A stretch of DNA of 48,647 nucleotides, filler included, from Bipalium vagum (lineage: Eukaryota): assembly GCA_037834085.1 (NCBI GenBank). It is 2 parts of 2 records of this genome, joined end to end, with 100 filler letters (N's around TTAATTAATTAA, not from the genome) between each part and the next. Parts side by side here need not be neighbours in the genome. Positions count along the whole stretch, not along the records: positions 1 to 28,194 come from JBBMKC010064353.1; positions 28,295 to 48,647 come from JBBMKC010254902.1. One strand, given 5' to 3'. Each line of letters opens with the position of its first letter. The stretch's first letter is position 1. Below are positions 25,450 to 38,500 of this stretch, in pieces. The notes below the pieces were generated by a model. The model was given only the letters and a program-made list of their open reading frames with translations. It ran no database searches and was not told where the DNA came from. Made by a program: the position numbers and the translations under genes.

Positions 25450-26620
25450 TTGATTTATTTTCGCATGTGCGCATAAACATAATATAAGCCTAATGATATT
25501 ATAATATCGGCTCTTATTTTTATAGTATATATTATGATATTTCGCAGTCTAATGAAACTGAGAAAATCTAATTGATAGATCTTGTAAAAAACTGCATTAA
25601 AATTATCATTTGATACCGACAAACGAAAACGATCTTCTACGCAGTTGATCAATTTTATTATTTTTGTTTTGAGTTTATTCAATTACTGAATATATAATAA
25701 TAATAAACTAACCTAAACTTGTCTGTACTGTTAACTACTGCTACTTTGGATTCTTCTCGTATTATTACTTAAACTGAAACAAGTAACTTTCGCTTACAAA
25801 TCTAAAACTCCTCACTATTCAATGCTGTATTTGTTTTACTATTGTAGCTGCACAAATTTAAACTCAATTTTAATTAAAAGTCCCACAATAAAACCTTATT
25901 CGCACTCCAATTGAATCAAGACAGTCACAGTAAAACTTAAAAATTTCGATCCTAAATCTCAATCGATACGCCAAAGAATCAAACACTTTAAAAAGTCACT
26001 ATATCAAACGATCCAATGTCTATTCAAATCAACACGAGAAAATCGTCAAATTAAATAATATATATTACTGTAAGCAAAATTCAAAACCAATACAATGAAA
26101 GTTAAATGAAAAATAAAACAAAATTCAATATGAAATTAATATTAAAAAAAACAGAAATCGAAAATGTTCTGTCCTGGAGAGACTTTGGGTCTTTGTGTCG
26201 TCCTCTAGGTCTCTTTCAGGTCACCTAGGGATTCAAAGCTCACTGGCCCCTATTATGAAACCCTGTGACATATTTAATAAATTAAAATTCATTACGGAAA
26301 TCTGTGGATAAATTTCTTCAATCTTCAAAAATGTTCTCTCTGGCAAAAATATCGAAAACTAAAAATCATTACAGAAATGTGAATTTCTTCGAAAAAGCTT
26401 CTTCGTGGCATGATTCCGCTCACAAAAATATCGAAAAAAGTCTTCTTAGCAGAAATCTTTTTCGAATAGTCTTCTACTTTGCAAGGATATATAAATCAAC
26501 ACTCAATTTTATTATAATAATTTTTCTGGCCTTCTTTCATTATTTAGTCGTAGAGATTGATCTATTTCCCCTATTAGCCAATAATCAAACATTATCTCTA
26601 CAACGAGATAAAGTTTGATC
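25450..26620 (-). repeat. unclassified dispersed repeat, copy A (inverted relative to ~46900..48350)
   Basis: Reverse complement aligns collinearly with copy B, e.g. ccagtgagctttgaatcccctaggtgacctgaaagagacctagaggacgac vs ccagtgagtttgtgaatctctaggcgacctgaaaagggtctagtagacgac, and gtgcgaataaggttttattgtgggac vs gtgcggataaagtattattgtgggag. Confidence 0.82.
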
Positions 26621-28115
26621 TAAAAAAATATTAATCAAAATTGATAGTTCTCACGACGGGACATAAATTCTAAAAAAATATTTTTATTTTCCTATATATA
26701 TTAAAATCTCGCCGTTGAGATTTTTATATATGGTTTTTTCGAATAATTTAAACATTTTAATATTATTATTTTTAATCTTATTATTATTACCAATAATATT
26801 CCCATTATTAATAATCTAATTATTATTATTATCAATAATCCTATTATTATCATCAATCTCACCATTTCACCTTTTGTGCTTTGGCAAACCCAACATTTGA
26901 TAGTGTATATTATTTAATTTTGTGAATGGACATAAATGTGTAGATTGATTAAACATCAAATATTTTACCAAAGGAAATACAACTGGAGCAAATTCACCTC
27001 TGCTAAATGCAGATTTCAAAATCAAATGTAAAGGATATATTGATTGTTGGACTCTAGTGTTATTCTCTAAATTATTTCTGAAAAGATTCAATATAATAAA
27101 TATTAACAATAACAATAACAGGTTTCATAACCTCCGAAAATATCTGTTCATTTTTAAAAAATATAACTGGTAAAGAAAAAATAAATGAAGTTTATCCCAT
27201 AATCAAAAAACTCATCCTTCGCAATAATTGATGAACTTTTCTCTAGCAGAGATTTGGCGTAATTAACTGCATTTTCTTATTATTTTTCTGGAATATGTTC
27301 ATATATCAAAGACGAAATGAAATAATAGGTTATGGGTGCTTATCATTGTGTCTAATCAATAGGAATTGTTTAAAATAAATACACGATTACCAAAAAAGAA
27401 AAAAATTTTTAAAAAATCAACCCAGTTAAACAAAAAATTGACAAGAAAGAATGGTTTAGTGATGAATTTTTTCAGCCAAAAATGTGCTAATCGTGCACTG
27501 ATCATTAATGTATAAAATAATTTTTAAAGTGTTTAGACTTATCAAATTTTTAGTTTTAAAATCAATCAGAATATTATTTTTTATTTTCCTTGTTAATTTA
27601 AAACGTTAATGAAAAACCATTCCTTTGAAGTCGCGATTAACTGATATATACCTACTGTGATGAATTATATAATAATTAAAATAATTAAAGAAAAAAGAGT
27701 GGATCTTAAATTGGACCTCTCTATCAGGTTAACATTTTATGTTGATAACGCTTTTCCCGTCAATTTGGGTTTCACATCCATATCGAAATACCACAGAAAT
27801 GACAAAGAGATTGATTATTAAATTAATTGGTGGAATAGGAAAATTATTTTTGATTAATTGTTATGAGACAAATAAATAGCACCTTAATTAACATACAAAA
27901 ACAGAAATATTTTCTTGTTATTCGTACATTTTTCGTACAAAAACGTATTTAAACAAAACGAAGATTGATTATTATTTTCATTAATTTTCCCCAATTATTT
28001 TATATAGAAAAATATTGTTTTTATTATTTTTTATAAGTTAAATATTTTATTTATTTTAAAAAATAGTTTAAAAAATCTTTTTGAATTATATGTGATATTA
28101 AATTATATATTATTA

Positions 28116-28513
28116 TAAGGTTGTAAAGAAATTAATGGCGGTTTATGAAACTTAATTTTTGCAGTATGAATTAATAAAGGAAAATTTGTTTTATNNNNNN
28201 NNNNNNNNNNNNNNNNNNNNNNNNNNNNNNNNNNNNNNTTAATTAATTAANNNNNNNNNNNNNNNNNNNNNNNNNNNNNNNNNNNNNNNNNNNNCTTCAC
28301 CACAGAATCCAGCATCAAATTGCACTTGGAGAATTTCCTAGATCTAAAAGACAAACAATTCTTCAAAAGTGAAATTATGGCATTATGTGATAGATGGCAA
28401 CAAATTATTGTAAAGAATGGTGCTTATATTTGTTAATAAAAATATATTTTTCTGTAAAAAAGCACTCTTTGTTTTTCTAATAAAAAAACGCACGAACTTT
28501 CCGGACAACCCAA
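28116..28513 (+). mobile_element. mariner element ends flanking an assembly gap
   Basis: After the gap: FTTESSIKLHLENFLDLKDKQFFKSEIMALCDRWQQIIVKNGAYIC* (mariner C-terminus) and TIR AAAAACGCACGAACTTTCCGGACAACCCAA|TA. A diverged 5' TIR-like TAAGGTTGTAAAGAAATTAATGGCGGTTT lies before the gap. Confidence 0.8.
28195..28294. other. artificial 100-bp scaffold spacer (44N + TTAATTAATTAA + 44N)
   Basis: Exactly symmetric N runs around a 12-mer that gives stops in all six frames. Confidence 0.9.
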
Positions 28514-29465
28514 TATAAATGAAGAAAAAGGTTTAAATATCCTATATGGGTTAACGTTTTCAGATTCTATACATTAAATAATATTTTTAAAACAAGGTAC
28601 CATTAAAGTTTAAATAGTTATCATTTTTAATGTTTTAATATTAAAAAAACCACTATATTATAACATGATTTTAAAATTAATAATATCCTTGGTGTAATTA
28701 TTTTCATTCTCTTCATTAATTCATACACCTGATACATATTTCTGTAATTCCATAATCTAATTTTTTTTATAAATTTCTACAATCAAAAATTATTTCTAAA
28801 ACTTATTTTGATGTCCTCTTCATTCAGATTGAATTAAATATAATTGGTAGTATGAGAGTTATTTGTTTATATTCTTCAAGATTCAATTTTATCTTAAAAC
28901 AAATGAAATATTATTTTACTGAAAACATATTCCATTATTTCTAAAAGCTTTTAAAATATAAATTGGCTTACTGGCCCCTTTATGCAATTAAACATTTTAA
29001 TTTGGGCTTTCAGTCCAATCTTTTCTTCAGTCTCGATAAAAAATTTAAATCAATCCCTAATAATAATTTTTGTTACGGTTTTGAATATAAAATTAAATCC
29101 TAAACGAATAGTGCCAATTTTAAATTTCCTTCAGTTGAATAAAATATATTTTATATTATTTTTTGTTAAAATATAATTATCATTGAACATTATAACTTTA
29201 TTATTAATGAGAACTGGAGATCAATTGTATGTTTTCATTTCAATAATATTTCCTAATTATAAAATTTAGAATTCCAAAATAGTTTCAGTTAAAAATATTA
29301 ACAATAAGTACTAAATATTAATATATCACTATCACTTATACATTCAATCTTATATATTTATGATAATTATATATTCGGTCATCATATATACGATCTTTGT
29401 TTTACTGAAGTATTTTTATCACCGATATATTTGAAATAATATTAGAAAATTATAAAGTTTAAATT

Positions 29466-29549
29466 ATGACGTTGGTTGGGAAATTGGAAGGCGGAGATAT
29501 TGGTGTAGTATTGGGATATTTTGTTATTGTTTTGGGTGTTGGAATATGG
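29466..29549 (+). CDS. SLC5 exon 1
   Basis: ATG; [28 protein letters not shown]|gttaat. Confidence 0.88.
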
Positions 29550-32500
29550 GTTAATATTTTTAATTTTTTAAGATATCATATTTAATTATCTCAAAGGCAT
29601 CATGTCGCAACAGAGGTAGTGTTGGCGGGTATTTTCTGGCTGGAAGACAAATGCACTGGATTCCTGTAAATGATTTTTTTTTCATTTAAAATGTTTTATA
29701 CAACCAGGTTGGAGCCTCGCTCTTCGCTAGTAATGTCGGATCAGGGCATTTCATAGGCTTGGCTGGATCCGGAGCATCAAGTGGAATATCAATCTCAGTG
29801 TTTGAATTAAACGTACGTATATTTGAGTTTCGTATATATTTTTAATATTTAAAATAATTTTTAATTTATTAATATTTAACTTTAATTCTTTATAAACGAA
29901 ACGGATTTTAGATTAAAAGTATTTTTAGTCAGTTAATCTTCGATTTTCACAGTAATAGTAAATGAAAAGCTTTTTAAAATTATGTTTTTATAAATTTTCG
30001 TTGATCTAAAGTCTACACTAAAAAATCCACAGTAATGTTCAGTTTAATGACTATACAAGATTAGGTCAAGCATAGATGGTTTAAACTGACATATATAATT
30101 ATGCTTCCAAGTCATTTTCATAGTGAAAAGTAACATTAGGTTAGTTGACATATTTTTAACCTGACAGAAAAACAATAAAAATATTTTCATTATTCATATA
30201 AGATCTCCTAAGATCAATACATTTGTCTAAATGATCTTCCAACTGAAGAATTTCAATGCCGATGTCATTTTCCTGAATATTATTGAAACCATTTCAAAAA
30301 AAAATGTTTGGAGATTTAAGAATTTATCTTAATTCAATTGAGTCCGTTCTGGTGAATATAATGAATTTTTCAAGAAAATTTTCATGTCGAACACCTTTCT
30401 ATGATAGCTCTGACGGAAAACTTTTTTACTCTTTTTCAATTCCATATTTTAATATGACTATATTTGTTCAGTTTGTCCAAAAGAGTTGAATAATATTTTT
30501 CTAAAACAGCTGCAATGTCATCGAAAACTTGTTTACCGATTAAACATTTTTATAAAAATGTTAAATTATTTTTGCGATATAGAAAGGTTTCCATTTTAAA
30601 ATAACACCAAAAGTATCTGATTAAGCAAATAATGTCAAAAGAAAATTTATGACTTGCTTCTTATTTTGACTATGAAATGGTCCACTGGCGTGAAATGGTC
30701 TAATGAAAAGTATTGCATAAATCTACTACGTGGTAAGGCTAAAAAGTACTTAGACTCTACCAGAAATAATGAAGATGACTGAACAAAATAGCCCATTTCA
30801 AAGAAATTTTGATTCTTCTCCATGAGGAGTTTCGTCACAATCGTTCATATCATCCTTTGAAACAAATTTTGTCCTCACATATGCTTCTTCAGATAGTTTA
30901 ATAATCAGAAATCACTTGGTCTTAGATCTGGAATGTAAGTGATAAGGTCCAGCTGCATTTCTTTCCATTTTGTAATAATTTCTTCATTAATTTCGAGAGG
31001 TCTTCCACTTTTGGATGCTTCATATACACTTGTACGACCAGATGAAAAATCGCGGATCCAATTATCGATGGTTGCTTTACATTGGGCGTCTTCACTGTAA
31101 AAGTTTGAGTAAATAAACAAGTTTGTGAAGATTAATAATGTGATTTGAGGAAAATTTTCTAAGAATAAAAGAAAATCCTTCATAAAACCATTTTAAATTA
31201 TTTGTACCAAAGATCGTGTCATTTAAGAAGAAATAAAATTTATTTCTTTTATAAAATATAGGTCAAATGAGAAAATTTATTTTTAATCGTTGATTTATCT
31301 TTTCTATTATTAAAAAGTAAACAGTAAAACAATTAATTTAATAAAAAAAATATTACTTTTAATAAAATTCTGTGTCAGCTTTTCAGTGATTTTTATGAAA
31401 TTTCAATTGTCAAATATGAAACCCGATGAAAATGATTTCGAAAATAATTTGCTCTGAAATTTTTAAAACGTTTTATCTAAATTTTCCAATTTAAAATATT
31501 CCAAAATAATTTTTGCAAAATATTATTGATTTTACAAAATATAAGAAAATAAATAAAATATTTTCAAATTATTTCGAGTTCTTGGAAGAAATATTTTAAA
31601 AATTATATAGAAATAATTTTGCATGTTTCCTTTTCATATTTCTGTTTAAAATTGAAAGAAAATTATCCATTTAATTTATTTACTAACAGACATAAAAGCA
31701 TGGAGAACGAATATATTCTTTCTGAAAAATAATTTGGTTTTTGGTCAATTATTCAAACAATTTTATCATTTAAACACATTTTGGTTTTAGATTTCGTTTT
31801 TCATAAAATTAAATTAAATGTTTTCATCATTGCTAACACATATTTTAGAATTAACTTATTTTAATTCATTGATTTTTACTAATTATTTTGTTTAGTGAGA
31901 ATCAAATTTCATAAATATATTATTTATTATTGATTTTTTATGAATGTTCGAATCGGTTAAAAAATGTTAAAAATAAAAAATTTGGATAATAAAAATAATT
32001 TAAATTATTGAAAAAATATTTGAAAAATCGATACTTTAAACTGATGAAAGTTTCAAAAATTTATATATTTAATAAAATTATGTTTTAAAATTTTATGATA
32101 AATTAAAATTATATATTATTATCGATTTTAGGCAATTTTTGTTCTAATAATTTTGGGATGGATTTTTTTGCCAGTTTATATTTCTACTGGAGTAAGTTAT
32201 TTTTAAAGAACTTTTTAAACTTATTATTTAAAATATATATTACTTAATATTTAAAAAACTATTCCGAAATGTTCAATTCAGGTGGTACGCTATAAATTGT
32301 TGTCATCTTTTACCTGATTTTCTTTTTTAAAAAAAAATAATAATGAAATAAAGTTTTAATAAAAGTATGATTTATAATTAAAGATTTCGGATTACATTTA
32401 AAATTATTTCTATAACATTTTCGAAAAAAAATAAAATAATAATAATATAGTGGGGTCTATAAAAAATGTCTTTCTTTAGAAAAGTATTCAGCAGCACAAA

Positions 32501-35500
32501 TAATGATATTTTTTTTAGTGGAAAATTTTGTTTTATAAAAATGACATTTTTTATGGATCCAGCTATAATAATAAAGAGTATCTAGAAATCAACGAAAATT
32601 TCAGTTTTGTGTTAATTTCTATTAATAAAATTTCATTGTACATTCATAGTTACATTACACTATTATATAATATTTCACTTGCAATATATTGATGTAAAAT
32701 GAGAACGAACTTGCTTGGTTCCCTAATAATTAATTGAATGTTAATGAAAGGTAATTATTTTTCTAGAAACCATAACTGGAGTGAAGTTTCGATTTTATAT
32801 TTCACTTTTTCTCCTTTTATGATTCAAAGAAATGAACCATGGAAATGGAACAAATTTAACTGTCTTCTTTTTTGTTAATTGAATATTTCTTTTTATGAAC
32901 ATTTTTCCATGAGAAATCTTTTATTTGCTTGTCACTTAGGTCTGGCAATCAAAGTGTTTGATCTTTCATGTGACAAAACTAATTTTGTCTTAAGATTTTT
33001 TAGCTTTTTTCATATTTCTGGTAATATGAAGCCAAAACATAATAATTGATATTAATGAAGTAGAAAGATAAAAAATATATTTCGGATAATTCCGTTTTCC
33101 TTTGGTTTTGCGTCCTGCTTATATTATACTTTAATATGGATATATAGCAATTTTCAAATGGTAAAATAATTTTTTCAAATGACTAAAATAATTTGTTTAT
33201 TTAATGATCTGTACTGCTTCATTTAAATGTTGTTTACTGTTCAATTTCAATATTATTTAGTATTTTATTAAAATATTATGTTTTTATAAAAAAAAATGAA
33301 CAAGAAAGTTAGAAATAGAATGCTCAATAAAATGCAACATTTAAATGTTAAGAAAATTGTCGAAGATGGAGATCCAATGGTTAAAGTAGCTCGAAAACTC
33401 GATTTATATGTACAAAGTGTGAACAATGTTCTCAGAGTATTCAAGAAAAATGGAAGAATTGATATTTTAACAAAATGATGCTATCCGGAAAAGAAGGTTA
33501 CGACTGAAAATGTTGGTTTTAATGAGAGACAGGTCACATGTAATGTTTTAATTACATTAAAAGATAAAAAGAAAGGCATTAATATTAATTTCAGTACGTT
33601 AATAGAAGCAATACATAGACATATATACAGTATAAAAATAACACTCTAAAGCATCAGTTGCAATTATGCAAACGCTGGTGAATAATGCTAAATTTCTGTC
33701 GATCCATTTTACATTATCAATCCGATTGAGTACAACTTTAGTAAGATCAAATGTTGCGTTATAAAATAGCTAGAGGTATTAGATGGAGATCTAAGCAACC
33801 AGATCACACACAATTTCATAAAATAAGTGCTGAAGATTTTAATGGTTGGTATAGCGATGCAAATGCATAGTTTTCAAAAAAATTGTAATTATATTTGAAA
33901 ATTTATTTAATTTTTTACTATTTGAAAAAATTATTTTACCATTTGAAAAATACTATATATTAAGTTATATTCTTGTGTAGTCATTTTAAATAATAATTCA
34001 AAATCAAAGAAATAATAATATATTTCATTAAATCCGATTACTCAAACAAACTTTTCAAACTTGGACCTCACCTTTTTTTAAAATTTACTAACAATTATTT
34101 TAAATATTAAAAAAACAGTAATATTATAATTTTTAAAAACTTTAAATTAAAAACATTTAATAACTGTTGATTTAGGCGTGAGTTCCTTATTTTAAAAAAT
34201 TCAAGTAAACTAATTGTTCGAATCACTCCGTATATAATAAAATGTACGTTATTTTTTTTTAAAATAAATTAGACTTTTCTAATAGAGTAAAATGGTGAAC
34301 TTGATAATTTCAATGAGAAAGAAAAAAGATTTGTATTTTCCATTTATTCTTATTTTGTGATGTTCATCAATAACCTTTAGGTATGTGAATTAGTTCCCAT
34401 CCTTTTGTTATGCATTAATTATTATTATAAATGTCGTGTATTGAATGTCGTCATTGAAGATAGAAATAAAGAGTAATATTGTAATATATCTTTAAGATAG
34501 CAATAGTTAGTGTTTGCTATAACTCATAAAATACCTTATTTATTTTAGCGAAAATGCAAAAATTATAGACCAAGAAATCAAAATTATTGTTTTGCTAAAA
34601 TTTAAAGAAATCAGCAACCGAAGCACATAGATTAATGACAAAACCTTACAGTAATATATATATATATAGTCCGAATCAACATGACAAAAATGGTATCGAC
34701 GATTTAAGACAGGTAACTGATAATCCTGAAACAATAATCTAGTTAACGATATGTAACATGGTAATGAAGAAAGAAGTTAATGTTTTTTAGTAAAGTTAGA
34801 TTTGGCACCTAATGAAAGCATCATTTCTTTATGTTTAAAAAGTTTATGACAACTGAACAAATATTACAATAATCTTTTTTGATTCTTTAATGATTGGATC
34901 TCTAAAATTATATTAGAATCACGCTTTTCCAAACTCGTGATTTTCAAAGCCTGGATTTAATGTAACACATAAAGTAAATCAAATTAAGAGAATCAGTAAC
35001 ATAATAATATTAATAAATAATAATAATAGAATAATTAGCAAATAAAACAGAATTTATTCATAAAAATATGTTCATTTAATTGTTGAATGGTGTGAAATAA
35101 AATATTCTCCTGTTATTTTTGTAAAAAATGTGATATTTGTTCAAGAGATGAAGAGGGAAGAAAATATTTTCTTCACTGTAGTTTTATATCGGATCACAAT
35201 GGTTCTATGATATTCAAATCAGGTGATGTAAAGACCAAGGAAAATACTGCAAACCAGATTGAGGGTCATCAGACCAATATTTAACATGAATAACAGTGTG
35301 GATGAGAGAAATGTTATCCTGAAATATTGCATCACTGTTAGAAAACAAACCATTTTTATAAAAAAAGGCATTCTTATTTAAGATGTTTAAATGCGTCTTT
35401 ACAGTAACATAACATCTCAGGGAAACCATGGGTTTTAGAGAATACCAAGATATTAAAGACATATTTAGATTCAACTATTGTATTATTTATATTTTTAAAT

Positions 35501-38500
35501 TTATGATACTATTACACTCTTACTTATTATTGTACATTACTTTACTAACTAAAACTAAATAAAAATTTTAGATTTCTACTATGCCAGAATACTTAAAAAA
35601 GCGTTTCGGTGGCCGCCGAATTCGAATTTATTTGGCCGTTATTTCTTTGTTATTATATATTTTCACAAAAATATCGGTTAGAAATATTATTTTTATAAAT
35701 AAAATAAAATATATTATTGAACGTAATATATTTTCCGTAAAAAATAATTACCTTTTAGGCCGATTTGTATGCAGGTGCAATTTTTATTGAACAATCGATA
35801 CAATTACCATTTTATCCTTCTGTAATAATTTTATTTTTGTTTGCTGCGATTTTTAATATTTTAGGTAACTTTTTATTATTAATAAGATGAATATAAATGG
35901 AATACTTAATTCATTAAGGAGGTCTCACAGCTGTCATTTGGACTGATTTTATTCAAACGGTCATCATGATTATAGGAGCGTCCTATTTAATGATCGCAAG
36001 TAATAATACTTAAATGATAATTTAATTTATTATCAATTTAAAAAAAAATATATATAAATATGTAATATTTACTAATAAATAATATTTCATAATAATTATG
36101 ACTTTTAATATAATTTAACTTCATTTATTTTAATTTATAAATGCAATCTAAAATCCTCTAAAAATTTTACAAAATTAAGATTAAATATACAGTGTTTCTC
36201 CACTGTTAAGACACTACCCCAGATTAATCCGGTCGATGTAAAATTTACTTGGTTTTATACTGGTATATTTTTAAAATGACATTGTAAAATTCGAATAGAA
36301 ATAAATCCCAAAACGTTTTGATTCTACATTTTTATCAGTGGTTCGATCAGATGATTCTTCGCGACAGTTCTGTTGAATACATGTTGAATATATCATCAGA
36401 GACAATACGTTGATCCCCTGCAAGCCTCAGCGCGAACTTATAGACATCTAATGTTCTCACTATCAAACTGGCTCCTCTTACAACCAATATCCAATTAAAG
36501 ACTTCATCATCAACTCTACTCCCGCCTCTCCTTCCTGTCTATTTCTGCAGGACAAAACTGTTGAAATTTGCTGGCCAGTTACGAACAAGCCTTAGGTCTT
36601 GCTTCTTTTCCCGGCAGTCTCTGTCAAATAATTATTGTGAGATACCTTAAGAACATCAATCTTGAATTTGACTGTGTAGCTTTTTCTTTTTGAACTCATA
36701 AAGGATTCACTAACATTGAACCTAAAGCAAACCAGAAAGAGTAAATCTTAAATACTTTTAAATTTCAAAAAGTTTGCTAGAAATATTAACTTAAACAAAA
36801 CCAATTTATTTTAATAAGTTAATAGGTCTTTAACAAGGGTGTGTCTTATGTTAAAAGAACTCAGAAAAAGGACCTAGGTTGGCACTTGTAGTCTTAAAAT
36901 GGGCGATTTTTGATAATCTGAGAAAAAAGATAAACTTAAGCGGTTAGACTAAATCGTTTATTTTCATTATTTTATTGATTTGACACCTTTATTACTCGGT
37001 TGTTTCTTTTAAATTTTTATTTTCTTATTTGATAATATAATAAATATATGTTCACAATAATTAAAATTAAATAATCTGAGTGTGCCATCTCAACAAAATT
37101 AGCAATACCCTGAACTTCTTCACCAAATATTTTAAAGATTAACAATCTTTTCAGGTATATTATAAATGAAATGAATAATAATAATAATTTTTATTATATT
37201 TCAACTTTTAATAATAATTTTTGTTTCGTAATATTTTTGAATTTTTAAATTATTTATTCACATAAATTTCCGTTATTTTTTATAAGTTGGAAAATTGAAT
37301 TTGGGTTCAATTTGAGATAAATTATTTATTCTTGAAAAATATACCTCGTTTTTTGAAAATATCTTTCATTATTACAAATAATATAATATTTTATTATACT
37401 AAACTGAAAAAATATCATTTTATGAATTTAATTTAATTATGATAAAATAAAATAGGCAATTTTTAGGTTTCATCAAAATTGGTGGGTATCAAAATTTATT
37501 TGAAAAATATTTCCAATCCCTTCCTAATACAGCGCGATCTTTAAATTCATCAATGTTCAAAAATCCTGTTCCAGATCAATATTTTGACTGTGGATTACCC
37601 GACAGAAATGCATTTCATTTGATGAGATCTGCAAGTGATCCCAGTTTACCATGGCCAGGAGTAATATTTGGATTAACGATAAGTAGCATTTGGTATTGGT
37701 GTACAGATCAGGTTTGATTTCTTTAATCTAAATATTGCACAACCTTGTAATTTTTAATATTATTTAATATCATTTATTTAATTATTAGGTTGTAATGGGC
37801 AATTTTCTAACATGACTTCTACAAATATTATAAATTAGATATAAGTAATACTAGTAAAGTAAAAACTATGTAAATTCAAAACAATTTTGCGCTGTCAAAT
37901 GTCATATAAATTATTGCATTCAAACAGATATTTTTTTAAAACTCTATTGTCACGTTTGAATAAATAAAAATCGCAATTATTTTCTAAACACCTAATAACA
38001 TACATAAACAGTCTAGTTCAATAATTCTTAATAAGCTGGAACATTTATTAAAATAAACTTTAAAAATAAGATATTTGGATCAAATTGGAATTATTTATTG
38101 GAGAAAAGTAAATGTTTAACTAAGACACTTAAAAGTTTTATTATTGTGGACAAGATAGCTTTTGATATATTTATTTTCATAAAAATTATATATTTTGATT
38201 ATATGTTGTCTAATTTCTTCCATGTATGATATTACTGGATTATTTACTATTTATTTATTGTAATTGTTACTTTAAATATTTTGTTATAAAATCAATTTTT
38301 TGAACTCTTAACAGGTCATAGTTCAAAGAGCTCTTGCATCAAAAAATTTGACCCATGCAAAAGGTGGCATTCTTTTGTGTGCTGCTCTAAAAATTTTACC
38401 GATGTGGCTGATTGTTTTTCCAGGAATGATCTCTCGAATATTATTTCCAGGTATTACATGATGTTTGTGTATAATTTTGAGTCCTAAACAAAGTTAGTGA

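Noticed and set aside
26867-27115. 82-aa minus ORF with faint MULE transposase resemblance (IYPLH...PVVFPL)
   Set aside because: Similarity too weak to call by eye; a TBLASTN or HMM search is needed.
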